Numbered from the stretch's first letter, positions 49,672-59,432 are shown. The stretch: DNA of 64,000 bases from Acidobacteriota bacterium (GCA_032124015.1 JAQBEH010000022.1:10585-74584), one strand, 5' to 3'. Numbers and translations: made by a program. Notes: generated by a model from the sequence alone, not told the origin.

Positions 49672-50351
49672 CCGGCGTCGCCGTGCGGCTCCAGTTGGTC
49701 CGTGACCGGATCGCCGCCGCGTGCGCCAGGGCGGGCCGCGACCCCGGGTCGGTGCGCCTTGTCGCTGTGTCGAAGACGGTGCCGGTGGCGGGGGTCGCCG
49801 AGGCTCTGGCCGCGGGGCAGACTCTTTTCGGTGAAAACCGCGTGCAGGAAGCGCTGGCAAAAATGTCCGAGGCCGGACCGGAGGCCACCTGGCACCTGGT
49901 CGGGCACTTGCAAAAGAACAAGGCGAGGCACGCCGCTGGGGCATTTGAGCTCATTCACGGGCTCGACGATTCCGAGCTCGCTTTGGAGCTCGATCGCCGC
50001 GCCGCGATACGATCGATGACGCAACCGGTCCTCGTTCAGGCCAACCTCTCCGGGGAGGCCACCAAGCGCGGCTCGGACGAGGACGGACTGATGCCGCTCC
50101 TCACGGCGGTGGCCGGCCTTCCCCATCTCGAGCTGCGCGGACTGATGATCATCCCTCCACCCGTCGACGACCCCGAGCTCTCACGTCCCTGGTTCCGTCG
50201 CCTGAAGGACCTGCGCGATCGGGCCGCCTCGATTCTGGCGCAACCCCTTCCGGAGTTGTCGATGGGCATGACCGACGACTTCGAGGTGGCCATCGAAGAA
50301 GGGGCGACCTTGGTGCGCATCGGACGCGCCATCTTCGGCGAGCGGGCCTGA
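49668..50351 (+). CDS. yggS: YggS-family pyridoxal-phosphate homeostasis protein
   Basis: GTG 49668 overlaps the rnhA stop. It carries LVAVSKT, FGENRVQE, WHLVGHLQKNK and ELSMGMTDDF. Confidence 0.85.
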   Translation: MTGVAVRLQLVRDRIAAACARAGRDPGSVRLVAVSKTVPVAGVAEALAAGQTLFGENRVQEALAKMSEAGPEATWHLVGHLQKNKARHAAGAFELIHGLDDSELALELDRRAAIRSMTQPVLVQANLSGEATKRGSDEDGLMPLLTAVAGLPHLELRGLMIIPPPVDDPELSRPWFRRLKDLRDRAASILAQPLPELSMGMTDDFEVAIEEGATLVRIGRAIFGERA

Positions 50352-50410
50352 TCGGTGTCTTGCAAGGCCGAAAGCAGGAGGCTATGTTTGGCCGCGTTTC
50401 GGAGGGAACC

Positions 50411-50923
50411 ATGAGCACGCGTCTGACGGCGATGGACATCGAGAAACAGGTCTTCACGCGCAAGATGCGCGGCTTCGATCCCGACGAGGTTCAGCTCTTC
50501 CTTCGTGCCGTCGCCGAGGAGATCGAGCGGGTCAACCTCGAAAACGCGACGCTCAACGAAGAAGCGGGCGTGCTCCGGCACCGGCTGGAAGATTTCAAGG
50601 ACCGCGAGCGCACGCTCCAAGAGACGCTCGTGACCGCGCAGATCATGTCGGCGGACCTCAAGGACCGGTCGAAGGCCGAAGCCGAGCTTCTCGTGAAGGA
50701 GGCCCGCTTCAAAGCCGAACGGCTGCTCGATCAGGCGCAGGATCAGCTGCACGCGCTCGAAAACGAGATCGGGCGCCTCCGGCTCGAGAAAGACGCCTTC
50801 GAGAATCGTCTGCGCGCGGCGATCGACGAGCACCTTTCGCTTCTAGACCTGCGCAAGCAAGAGAAGGCCGACATCGACAATCTGCGCTTCTTGCGCCGGC
50901 GCTCCACGACCGACGTCGGATGA
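50411..50923 (+). CDS. divIVA: DivIVA domain protein
   Basis: ATG 50411 follows GGAGGG. It begins LTAMDIEKQVFTRKMRGFDPDEVQLFL and continues as a coiled coil. Confidence 0.8.
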   Translation: MSTRLTAMDIEKQVFTRKMRGFDPDEVQLFLRAVAEEIERVNLENATLNEEAGVLRHRLEDFKDRERTLQETLVTAQIMSADLKDRSKAEAELLVKEARFKAERLLDQAQDQLHALENEIGRLRLEKDAFENRLRAAIDEHLSLLDLRKQEKADIDNLRFLRRRSTTDVG

Positions 50924-52200
50924 TCGAAGCGGACCTCGCCGTCGTCGGCATTTCCGAACTGGCCACCCCTGAAGGACGATCTGCGCGGCTCGGCTCCGAC
51001 CTGGGACGCCTCCGCACGATCGGCGACGCCGCGGTCGCCTGTCGCGGCGGGAACTTCGTCTTCGTCGGCACCGAGCGAGACTTCAGGGTGCGGGTCACGA
51101 TGACGGCGGGCGGCCGCACGCTGGACGCCCGCGGCGCCACCGTGCTGCCGGGGTTTGTCGACGCGCACACGCACCTCCCGTTCGCGGGCTGGAGGGAGTC
51201 GGAGTTCAACGAGCGCCTCCTCGGTGCGACATACTCGGAGATCGCGGCGCGCGGCGGGGGAATTCTCTCGACCGTCGCGGCGACGCGCGCGGCGTCCCTG
51301 ACGGATCTGGCGCTTCTCACGCGGGCCCGGCTCGACGCGATGCTGCTTCTCGGAACGACTCTGGCCGAGGCCAAGAGCGGCTACGGGTTGTCCGCCGAGG
51401 CCGAGATCAAGCAACTCGAGGCGGTGAGAGTGGGCGCCGCGGGGCACCCGGTTCAAGTGGTGCCGACCTTTCTGGGCGCGCATACGGTTCCGAAGGAACG
51501 GCGTGACGACCGCAATCGTTACGTCGACGAAATCGTGAACACGATGATCCCGGAGATCAGTCGGCAGAAACTCGCGGTTTACGCCGATGCCTTCGTCGAC
51601 GCCCACGCGTTCTCATTGGCCGAGGCCCGGCGCGTGCTCGAGGCCGCGGCGGCCGCGGGGCTGGGCGTGCGCCTACACGCCGACCAACTCGCCGACGACG
51701 GAGGGGCGCTGCTCGCGGCGGAGTTGCACGCGGCGTCGGCAGACCATCTCGAGTACGTGTCCGATGCCGGAATCCAAGCGTTGGCCGGAGCGGGGACGGC
51801 GGCGGTGCTGCTTCCGGCCGCGACGTTCTTCCTCATGTCTCACGTGAAGCCGCCGGCGCGCCGTCTGATCGACGCGGGAGTCCCGGTTGCGATCGCTACC
51901 GATTTCAACCCGGGGACCAGCCCGACCGAGGCGATGGGGGCGGTTCTCGAATTCGCCTGCCTGACGCTTGGGCTCTCGATCGACGAGGCGATCGCGGCGG
52001 CAACCCTCAACGCGGCCTACGCCCTAGGGCACGCCGGACGAACGGGGTCGATCGAAGTGGGCAAGCGCGCGGATTTCGTGATCCACGCTGTACCGAACCG
52101 CTACCACCTGGTCTATCGCTTCGGTGTGCGGCGGGTGCGAACGGTCGTCGCCTCCGGAGTGGTCGTCGTCGAGGAAGGGCAGCGGCTCCCCGGAGCCTAG
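50920..52200 (+). CDS. hutI: Imidazolonepropionase
   Basis: ATG overlaps the divIVA stop (ATGA). It carries GFVDAHTHLPFAG, GGGILSTV, HADQL and ATDFNPG. Confidence 0.85.
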   Translation: MIEADLAVVGISELATPEGRSARLGSDLGRLRTIGDAAVACRGGNFVFVGTERDFRVRVTMTAGGRTLDARGATVLPGFVDAHTHLPFAGWRESEFNERLLGATYSEIAARGGGILSTVAATRAASLTDLALLTRARLDAMLLLGTTLAEAKSGYGLSAEAEIKQLEAVRVGAAGHPVQVVPTFLGAHTVPKERRDDRNRYVDEIVNTMIPEISRQKLAVYADAFVDAHAFSLAEARRVLEAAAAAGLGVRLHADQLADDGGALLAAELHAASADHLEYVSDAGIQALAGAGTAAVLLPAATFFLMSHVKPPARRLIDAGVPVAIATDFNPGTSPTEAMGAVLEFACLTLGLSIDEAIAAATLNAAYALGHAGRTGSIEVGKRADFVIHAVPNRYHLVYRFGVRRVRTVVASGVVVVEEGQRLPGA

Positions 52201-52580
52201 AACAACGGGGCGCGCTCTTCGTGGTCGAACTTGTAAACGTACTTCGTGACTTTGAAGTCGATCGTCTGTTCGTACTTCGCGCTGATGATCATCTCGTGCG
52301 TCGTGCGTTTCATGTGGAGATTCTTCTTTTGGAGTGGGAGCCTGAGATCCTGCGCCTTGTCGAAGACGCGCTTGAAGATCTCTTCGTCGTGTCGGCGGGT
52401 TGCGGCGAACCGGCACTCTTCCCGGATGAAATCACGGAACTCGTAGGCGTTCACCCGAACCGGGATGACCTTCGCGCCGACGAAGATGCCGGTGCCCAAG
52501 AGTGCCAGGGCGATCAAGAGCCCGATCCGGCCTTCGCCTCGTTCTGAAGTTCTATCGTTCATTGTCGTCCCATCTCCCAT
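52197..52580 (-). CDS. Hypothetical N-terminally anchored small protein
   Basis: 127-aa ORF with one TM helix (IGLLIALALLGTGIFVGAKVI) and a soluble domain. Spot GC is lower, about 52% in one line. The start could be the M at 52562. Confidence 0.5.
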   Translation of the reverse strand: MGDGTTMNDRTSERGEGRIGLLIALALLGTGIFVGAKVIPVRVNAYEFRDFIREECRFAATRRHDEEIFKRVFDKAQDLRLPLQKKNLHMKRTTHEMIISAKYEQTIDFKVTKYVYKFDHEERAPLF

Positions 52581-52655
52581 GCCCGGGAGTCACGAACCTG
52601 TATCCCGGCCCGCCGGGAACATAGGTTCCGCCCCGAAGGGAGGCAACAAGCCCCG

Positions 52656-53204
52656 TCAGCGCTTGAATAGGCTGTCGAACTGCGATTTCGGGTCGTTCGC
52701 GGATCCAGGCGATCCGGTTCGCTTCCCGGTCGTGTCGAGCACGATACGGGCCGAAAACGACGTGCAACTGTTCGCGCTGGATTTGTCGGTCACAACCGCG
52801 GTGATCGGGGCGCGGCACTCCCAGCGGGAGCCCGTATCGAAGTGTTGACAGGCACGGCAGGCGTGGAGGTACGCCGCGCAGTGAGGGCACCGGGTCTCCG
52901 AGGAGACCGCCCCCGAGGCGGCGACGTTGCGGCCGCAGTTCGGGCACCGCATGACCTCGTTCGCCTCCCTCTGGACGGCGTGCCTCAGCGAGCGCTGCTG
53001 CGCTCGTTCTTCGGGCGTCAGCGGAGTGGTCGGTGGGGAGTGCTTGCGGTCGCGATCGCGATCGTCGCGAGAAGAATCTTGGTAGCCCTTGTGTCCGTAC
53101 TTCCGTTCCACGGGGTGGCCTCTCACGAAATCCGGCGGGAGCGATGTCCGCGGCTTCGACTTACACGGCGCCTTCATCGTAGGTCGCGCGGCGCTTGGTG
53201 GCAA
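52656..53204 (-). CDS. Zinc-ribbon protein with basic, low-complexity N-terminus
   Basis: Carries CPNC..CPHC..CRAC plus further Cys residues. TTG 53204 directly abuts the upstream stop; ATG 53177 is an alternative start. Confidence 0.55.
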   Translation of the reverse strand: MPPSAARPTMKAPCKSKPRTSLPPDFVRGHPVERKYGHKGYQDSSRDDRDRDRKHSPPTTPLTPEERAQQRSLRHAVQREANEVMRCPNCGRNVAASGAVSSETRCPHCAAYLHACRACQHFDTGSRWECRAPITAVVTDKSSANSCTSFSARIVLDTTGKRTGSPGSANDPKSQFDSLFKR

Positions 53205-55169
53205 CTACCAGAGGTAGTCCTTGGCGATTTTTCGTTTGGCGTGGCCGGACAAGACGTGCATGACGCGGATCTTCCGGAGAGTGGCCGGGGAGAGCGTTCC
53301 GATCGGCAAATGCAGGATCTTTCGGTCGAGCCGCGCGGCGAGCTCGCGAAAGACGGGGCGGGGCGGCTTGGGGGCGACGTGGATCACGACCCGCTCCCTC
53401 GAGTAGTCGAGCGCCGCGAGCAGCAACACCTCGGCCTTGGTTTCAGCGAACCGGTAGTCGCCGTCGGTCCAGACGTCTCCGAGCCTCCCCGGCGGGTAGG
53501 AGAGGAGGAACCCGCCGTAGGTGACGCGGCAGATACCGGGCCCCACGATCGCCCGCTCCGGCGGGGTCGCGTAAAACGCCATGTCCGATTCCTGTCCGTG
53601 CTCTCCGAGCCAGGTCAGCTGGTACGGGTAGCGCTTGCTTCCTTGGTCCTCGTCCTCGTCGAAGATCACGACGACGATGCCGATATCCCCCGGGATGCGC
53701 CCCGACTCGCGCACATAGATCTGCTTTTCGGTCCAGTGGCGGATCGTCTCTCTCACGTCGATGCCGTCCAAAACCGACGTCGTGAAGGGAACGACGCGCG
53801 AGGCTTCCTCGGAGAGCACCGCCTTCCCCTTCTTGCGGAGGAACCCGCCGAAGGTCTCGACGATCACGTCCTCGGGGGGATAGGAGCAGATCGCCTCGCC
53901 GTCGAACGCTTCGAGCCACTCCCCGGGGAAGCGTTCGTCGCGTCTTTTTCGTCTCAGGAGCGATTCGGGACGGCGCACCTTGGGCCGGGCAACGCGCCGC
54001 TTCAGCCGCACGCGCCGCACGCCCTCCCAGAGCTCCTCCGCGCGGATGTGCGCGGTCGGCAGGTCGGTCGCCTGCTCCAGCTGCCACGGATACGACGTCG
54101 CCAACCGATGCAATTCGAACGCGAAATTGTCGGAAACGCACGACCTGGCGGCGACGACGAGATCGTAGAGGTCGGCGACGAGCATTCCGGAATGGCGCGC
54201 CAGGCGGCGGCCGTAGCGTGCGAGATTCCTTCGTTGCCACGGTTCGATGCTCTCGTCGACGGCTGCCGCCTCTAGAGCTTTCGACGCCTCGGCGACGAGG
54301 GCCCACTGGAGGCGCAGCCGGTCGAGCGGATCGCCGGCCCGCTGCGCGGCGAGCGCCGCGGCGTCGAGCAGCCGCAGGGGATGGTCGCCACGCCCTCCGG
54401 TCAGAACGCGAAACGCCCCGTAGTCGCGGCCGGAAGCCGTGGGCTCGGTGGGGGCGGAGGAAGGTTGAAGCCCGCGGCGCCGCGCCTCGTATGCGGCGAC
54501 GTAAAACGGCGGCTCGCCGAGGACCTCTCCCAACGATTCGGGATGGAGGTTCACGAGGCGCACGTTCTTGCGAACCGGCCGCGTGAGCGGCGCCGCCTGC
54601 TCGGCCGAAAGAGCGGCCGCGAAGCCGTCCACGTGGCGCATCCCGGCGACGACGAGGATCCTTTGCGCCCCAGCGCCGGCCAGCTCGCGGACGTGAAAGG
54701 CCATCGCGGCTTCGCGGCGCGCGTCTTCTGGATCGGCCGGGCGGGCCGTCCGACGGACGGCCTCGAGATACGCAGGGAGGCCGATGCGGGTGATCGCGTA
54801 GGGGTCCGGGAGCGGATCGCGATGATCCGCATAGCCGTCGACGTCCAGGTCGGCGCAGGCCAACGGCAAGCCGCGCTCCCGGGCCCACCGCGAGGCCTCA
54901 ACCGCGGGGTCCGCGGGATGGACCGGGAGGTAGATCGTGTCCCCGGCGGCGTTTTCGTAGAGCAGCACCGAGATCGACGGGAGGCGGTCGATCGCGCGGG
55001 CCCATACGCGCGAAAGCGTTGAAGGAACCTCCACGGCGACCGCGTCGGGGGCAATGCGGGCGAGCGCCCGGCGCACCGCCGTAGCCGATTCGAGGCGCTC
55101 GTGGAGGACGGGAACGACGAAGATCCCGCCCCCGAGATCGAGGGCGCCGTCTTCCGATCCCGCGTTCAT
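53205..55169 (-). CDS. Large protein with TraB/TIKI/ChaN-like N-terminal domain, rest uncharacterised
   Basis: VVPVLHERLES, PDAVAVEVP, ARREAAMAF and ILVVAGMRHVDG parallel the TraB GTAHVS / PD.V.VEL / ERD..M / GAGH blocks. ATG 55169 is preferred; GTG 55208 is possible. Confidence 0.5.
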   Translation of the reverse strand: MNAGSEDGALDLGGGIFVVPVLHERLESATAVRRALARIAPDAVAVEVPSTLSRVWARAIDRLPSISVLLYENAAGDTIYLPVHPADPAVEASRWARERGLPLACADLDVDGYADHRDPLPDPYAITRIGLPAYLEAVRRTARPADPEDARREAAMAFHVRELAGAGAQRILVVAGMRHVDGFAAALSAEQAAPLTRPVRKNVRLVNLHPESLGEVLGEPPFYVAAYEARRRGLQPSSAPTEPTASGRDYGAFRVLTGGRGDHPLRLLDAAALAAQRAGDPLDRLRLQWALVAEASKALEAAAVDESIEPWQRRNLARYGRRLARHSGMLVADLYDLVVAARSCVSDNFAFELHRLATSYPWQLEQATDLPTAHIRAEELWEGVRRVRLKRRVARPKVRRPESLLRRKRRDERFPGEWLEAFDGEAICSYPPEDVIVETFGGFLRKKGKAVLSEEASRVVPFTTSVLDGIDVRETIRHWTEKQIYVRESGRIPGDIGIVVVIFDEDEDQGSKRYPYQLTWLGEHGQESDMAFYATPPERAIVGPGICRVTYGGFLLSYPPGRLGDVWTDGDYRFAETKAEVLLLAALDYSRERVVIHVAPKPPRPVFRELAARLDRKILHLPIGTLSPATLRKIRVMHVLSGHAKRKIAKDYLW

Positions 55170-55226
55170 GGGGGAATCGTACCAGCGGCAAGGGTCTACA
55201 ATGCGCACTCACCAACGAGGTGCCCC

Positions 55227-56156
55227 TTGTTCCAGGTTCAAAGTCTGGTCAAATGCTACGGATCCCTGCGCGCCGTCGATGGCGTGTCGTTCACGGTTGC
55301 GAAGGGGGAGCTTTATGGGCTCCTCGGCCCCAACGGCGCGGGCAAGACAACCATCATGTCGATGCTCTCGGGACTTCTGACCCCCGATGACGGTCGGATC
55401 CTCTTCGATGGGATCGACCTCGCCGGCGAGCCGCTGAAGGTGAAGGCCCAGCTCGGCGTCGTGCCGCAGGAGCCGGCGCTCTATGAAAACCTCTCGGCGC
55501 GCGAGAACCTCAGCTTCTGGGGCGGGCTCTATGGTCTGTCCGGCGCACCGCTGAAGCAGGCGGTCGATCGCGTGCTCGAGCTGGTCGGGCTCACCGACCG
55601 CGCGAAGGACCCGGTGAAGCAATACTCCGGCGGGATGAAACGCCGTATCAATCTGGCACTCGGGCTGGTGCACGGACCGCGCGCGGTGCTGATGGACGAG
55701 CCGACCGTTGGTATCGACCCGCAGGCGCGACTCAACATTCTCGAGGCGGTCAAGCAGGTCGCTGCGGCCGGTACCACGGTGATCTACACGACCCACTACC
55801 TCGAGGAGGTCGAGCAGCTCTGCGACCGGATCGCGATCATGGATCACGGCAAGATCCTCGCGGAGGGAACGCTCGATGAGCTGAAGCGCCGCGTGGGTGG
55901 CCGCGACGTCGTCACGGTGAACGGGTCGTTCGACGCCGCCACCGTGCTGCCCCGCTTGACCGCGCTTGAGGGCGTGCAGGTCACGTCGACCGAGCCCGGG
56001 CGGATCGTGCTCTCGGTTGAAGGCTCCGGGCGCGGCGCGGTCGACCTGCTCTCGCGCGTGCTTGCCGGCGGGCTATCGATCGATGGAATCTCGATCCAAC
56101 CGCCGAGTCTCAACACGCTCTTTTTGAACCTCACGGGCCGCGAGCTGCGCGACTGA
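55227..56156 (+). CDS. ABC transporter ATP-binding protein (ABC-2 type exporter)
   Basis: TTG 55227 has GAGG 7 nt upstream. Walker A GPNGAGKTT, signature YSGGMKRR and Walker B VLMDEPT are present. Confidence 0.85.
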   Translation: MFQVQSLVKCYGSLRAVDGVSFTVAKGELYGLLGPNGAGKTTIMSMLSGLLTPDDGRILFDGIDLAGEPLKVKAQLGVVPQEPALYENLSARENLSFWGGLYGLSGAPLKQAVDRVLELVGLTDRAKDPVKQYSGGMKRRINLALGLVHGPRAVLMDEPTVGIDPQARLNILEAVKQVAAAGTTVIYTTHYLEEVEQLCDRIAIMDHGKILAEGTLDELKRRVGGRDVVTVNGSFDAATVLPRLTALEGVQVTSTEPGRIVLSVEGSGRGAVDLLSRVLAGGLSIDGISIQPPSLNTLFLNLTGRELRD

Positions 56157-57433
56157 TGCGGCTCCTCGTTCACCTCGTCGTGAAAGACCTGAAGCGCAAG
56201 ATGCGCTCGCCGCTAGGTCTGATTGCCGTGCTGTGTTTCCCGCTGCTCTTCGCGGGGATGATCGCTCTGGCGTTCGGCCACGGGGACAGCATCCCCAAGG
56301 TCCGCATGCTCGTCGCCAACGAAGATGACGGCCTCCTCGCGAACGGGGTCGCCTCGGTGTTCACCTCGCAACAGGCGGCGAAGTACTTCGACGGCAAAAC
56401 CGTCACCGTCGCCCAGGGCCTGGCGCTCATGGAAAAGGGGAAGGCGTCGGCTCTCCTGACGATACCCAAGGGGTTCACGAAAGACGTCCTCGACGGAAAG
56501 CCCGTGACGTTGAGGCTCTTGAGGAACCCCGCAGAGGGGATCCTCCCCGAGATCGCGGAGCAGGCCGCCGGGGCGCTGACGGACATCCTGGACGGTGCGC
56601 GGCGGGTGTTCGACAAGCCGCTCGCCGACCTGAGGCCGTTCTTTGAGGACGACGGCAAGGCGCCGAGCGACGCAGACATCATCGCGATCTCGCTGGCGGT
56701 CAAGCGGGGGATCGAGGGGATGTCGGACCTCGTCTTCCCGCCGGCGATCATTCTCGAGAGCGAAATGCTCGGCAACGTGACGGCGAAGCCTCAACCGACG
56801 GAAAAGAGGAAAGGCGACGCCCCGTCGTCGATCTTCCTCCTCGTTCTTCCCGGGGTCGCGGTGTACGGGTTGTTCCTCGTGGCCGATCAGGGGATGCGCG
56901 ATGTGATGACCGAGCGCACGCTCGGCACGCTGCGGCGCCAACTCGCCGGGCCGATAGCACCGGAGACGATCATCCTCGGGAAGGCCGTTTACACCGCGGT
57001 GTTGGCAGGAATGGCCATCGTCGTGATCGGCGGAATCGGTGCTTCCCTCTTGACTACATCGGTCAGCATCCCCGCGTTTCTCCTCCTTTCCGGAGCGCTC
57101 GTCCTGGCCGTCACCGGGACGACGGCGGTGATCTACGGCGTCGCGCGTACCGAACGGCAGGCCTCGACTCTCGGGAACATGATCTTCCTCGCGATGGGGT
57201 TTCTTGGGGGCGGTTTCATCCGCGTCGAGGGACTCCCGTCGGCGGTGCGTGGTATCGCACCGTTCACGCCGCTGTACTGGGGGACGCAAGGCTACCGCGC
57301 GATGCTCGAGAATGGGGCCGGAGTTTCGGGGGTCGCGACGCACATAGGTGTTCTTGCCCTCATGGGGATTGTCTTTCTCGGAATCGGTGCGGTGGCGCTG
57401 AGGCGGACGGCCCGCCGGGGAGTTTCGGCGTGA
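56156..57433 (+). CDS. ABC-2 type transporter permease
   Basis: 425 aa with an N-terminal TM helix, a large external loop and a C-terminal bundle of 5 TM helices. It overlaps the ATPase stop. Confidence 0.8.
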   Translation: MRLLVHLVVKDLKRKMRSPLGLIAVLCFPLLFAGMIALAFGHGDSIPKVRMLVANEDDGLLANGVASVFTSQQAAKYFDGKTVTVAQGLALMEKGKASALLTIPKGFTKDVLDGKPVTLRLLRNPAEGILPEIAEQAAGALTDILDGARRVFDKPLADLRPFFEDDGKAPSDADIIAISLAVKRGIEGMSDLVFPPAIILESEMLGNVTAKPQPTEKRKGDAPSSIFLLVLPGVAVYGLFLVADQGMRDVMTERTLGTLRRQLAGPIAPETIILGKAVYTAVLAGMAIVVIGGIGASLLTTSVSIPAFLLLSGALVLAVTGTTAVIYGVARTERQASTLGNMIFLAMGFLGGGFIRVEGLPSAVRGIAPFTPLYWGTQGYRAMLENGAGVSGVATHIGVLALMGIVFLGIGAVALRRTARRGVSA

Positions 57434-58575
57434 GGTCGCTTCTGCTTCTCGCCGCGAACGACGTGCGCCTGACGGTTCGTGATCGCGCCGCAGCATTCTG
57501 GATTCTGCTGCTGCCCATCTTCCTGATCTGGCTGTTTGGAAGCATAGGGGGCGGGAGCGGAACGCCGAAAGTCGCGCTGACGATCGTCGATCGGGACGGC
57601 GGATGGCTGGCCCAGTCGTTCTCCGGGGAGCTCGAATCGCCCAACGTGGCTCTGACGATTCTCCGCGGTGCGGAGGTCGATGGCGAGGCCGCGAAAAAGG
57701 CGACGCGCTGGATCGAGCTTCCCGCGGGATTCACCGACAACGTCCTCGCCGGGACGCAGCAGGTGTTGAAGATCGAAACCGGCGAGAACGCCCAGGCCGA
57801 CTATTCGCGCGCCGCGGAGGTTGTCGTCATCCGCGCCATCACGCGAACGCTCGCCCGTGTCGCCGAGATGAAGCAGTCGAGCGGTCCCATGAGTGCCGAC
57901 ACCTACGACGCGCTGCGCGCGCGCCCGCCGATCGTCACGCTGACCACGTCCACTGCGGGGCACGGAACGGCGGTGCCCCAAGGCGTCGCCCAGAGCGTGC
58001 CGGGGATCATGACGTTCACGGTTCTCATGATGACGCTGATCTACGGCGCGGTGTTCCTGACGATCGAGAAGCGCGAGGGCATGTTGAAGCGCCAGCTGAC
58101 GCTTCCGATCTCGCGCCCGACGATCCTCCTGGGTAAGGTGCTCGGCCGCGTTTTCGTCGCGATGCTCCAGATCGTGATTCTCGTCCTCGCCGGCCGGTTC
58201 CTCTTTCAGCTCGATTTCGGGCATTCGACCGCGGCATTGTTTGCGCTCCTCATCAGCTATGCCTTCGCGGTCGCCGGGATCGCGACGTTTCTGGGTGCGA
58301 TTCTCGCCAGTCCCGAGCAGGCGTCGATCGTCGGGTGGCTGGCCAGCATGGTCATGGCCGCGATGGGCGGTTGCTGGTGGCCTTCAGAGGTCATGCCCGA
58401 ATGGCTCCGCACGGCGGCGCATGTCTTTCCGACGACCTGGGCGATGGACGCGTTCCATGCGCTCATCAGCTTCGGACGGGGCTTCGAGGCCGTCGTCGTT
58501 CCCTGCGCCGTGCTGATCGGTTTCGGCACCCTGTTCTCCTGGATCGGCGCGCGCAAGCTCCAGACGAGTGTTTAG
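57430..58575 (+). CDS. ABC-2 type transporter permease (paralogue)
   Basis: 381 aa with the same architecture as the preceding permease. GTGA start-stop overlap. Its TAG stop lies in a REP copy. Confidence 0.8.
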   Translation: MRSLLLLAANDVRLTVRDRAAAFWILLLPIFLIWLFGSIGGGSGTPKVALTIVDRDGGWLAQSFSGELESPNVALTILRGAEVDGEAAKKATRWIELPAGFTDNVLAGTQQVLKIETGENAQADYSRAAEVVVIRAITRTLARVAEMKQSSGPMSADTYDALRARPPIVTLTTSTAGHGTAVPQGVAQSVPGIMTFTVLMMTLIYGAVFLTIEKREGMLKRQLTLPISRPTILLGKVLGRVFVAMLQIVILVLAGRFLFQLDFGHSTAALFALLISYAFAVAGIATFLGAILASPEQASIVGWLASMVMAAMGGCWWPSEVMPEWLRTAAHVFPTTWAMDAFHALISFGRGFEAVVVPCAVLIGFGTLFSWIGARKLQTSV

Positions 58576-58595
58576 GGGACACTCCCCTTGTTCAC
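58571..58595. repeat. REP copy (exact core) between convergent genes
   Basis: The sequence is TTTAGGGGACACTCCCCTTGTTCAC. It contains the TAG stop of the permease (58573..58575) and abuts the stop of the MoxR-like gene (58592..58594). Confidence 0.8.
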
Positions 58596-59428
58596 AAAAA
58601 CCGAAGCGCGTCGCTGCCTAAGACCCGCTCGACCGCATCGTGCAGCGCGGATTCGATCGTATCGGGCGCGCCGTCTTTGAGCCGCTTCAACGCATAGCGC
58701 GCGATGTTGATCCCGTCGCGCGCCGTGTACCGCTCGTCGGCTTCGTGCGCAGCCTGGAGGAAATCCGTCACGTACTGGAGGATCTCGTCGTCCGCGAACG
58801 GTAGGTTCTCCGCCAGGATCGCCTTTTCTTCATCGTGGTCCGGGAAATCGAGGTGGATCTGCGGCTGGAGCCGCGAGTGGATGTAGTCCGGCAGCTCGTA
58901 GGTCGACGCGTCGTCGTTCATCGTCGCGACGAAGCGAAATCCGGGGTGGGCGCGCACCTTGACGCCCGCCACGATTGACTCGACGTAGCGCCGGTTGTCG
59001 AGGAGCGGGGCGAGCGACGCCCACGACTTCTCGGACATGCGGTTCCCCTCGTCGATGATCGCGACGCCGCCCCTCAGCATCGCGGTGACGAGCGACGAGG
59101 CCACGTAGCGGATCCCCCCCTCGCGGTCGATCACCGGGGTGATCAGCAAGTCCTCGGGGCGCGTGTCCATCGTGGCTTGGAAGATGTAAACATCCTGGCC
59201 GCGCGCCTTTCCGGCGGCGTAGGCGAGTGTCGTCTTCCCCACGCCCGGTTTTCCCAGGAGGCGCGGGTTCATGGGGAGATCGCGCGGATCGACGACGCTC
59301 CACGCGGCCAAGAGCTGCTTTTGGGTCTCGGGCTGGCCGACCCAACGGATGGGAAGCTCGTCGGGGTGGGCGAGATGGAGGGCGACTCCCTCGATTTCGA
59401 TCGTCGAGCTCGCCCGTTTTTCCTTCAT
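58592..59428 (-). CDS. MoxR/CbbQ-like AAA+ ATPase (AAA_5 type)
   Basis: Walker A GKPGVGKTT and Walker B VAIIDEGNR are present. The product is a compact 278 aa. Confidence 0.8.
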   Translation of the reverse strand: MKEKRASSTIEIEGVALHLAHPDELPIRWVGQPETQKQLLAAWSVVDPRDLPMNPRLLGKPGVGKTTLAYAAGKARGQDVYIFQATMDTRPEDLLITPVIDREGGIRYVASSLVTAMLRGGVAIIDEGNRMSEKSWASLAPLLDNRRYVESIVAGVKVRAHPGFRFVATMNDDASTYELPDYIHSRLQPQIHLDFPDHDEEKAILAENLPFADDEILQYVTDFLQAAHEADERYTARDGINIARYALKRLKDGAPDTIESALHDAVERVLGSDALRFL

Positions 59429-59432
59429 CGCG

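Noticed and set aside
48648-50126. 492-aa minus-strand ORF across the zinc-ribbon, rnhA and yggS genes
   Set aside because: It is antisense to three recognisable genes and has shadow-frame composition.
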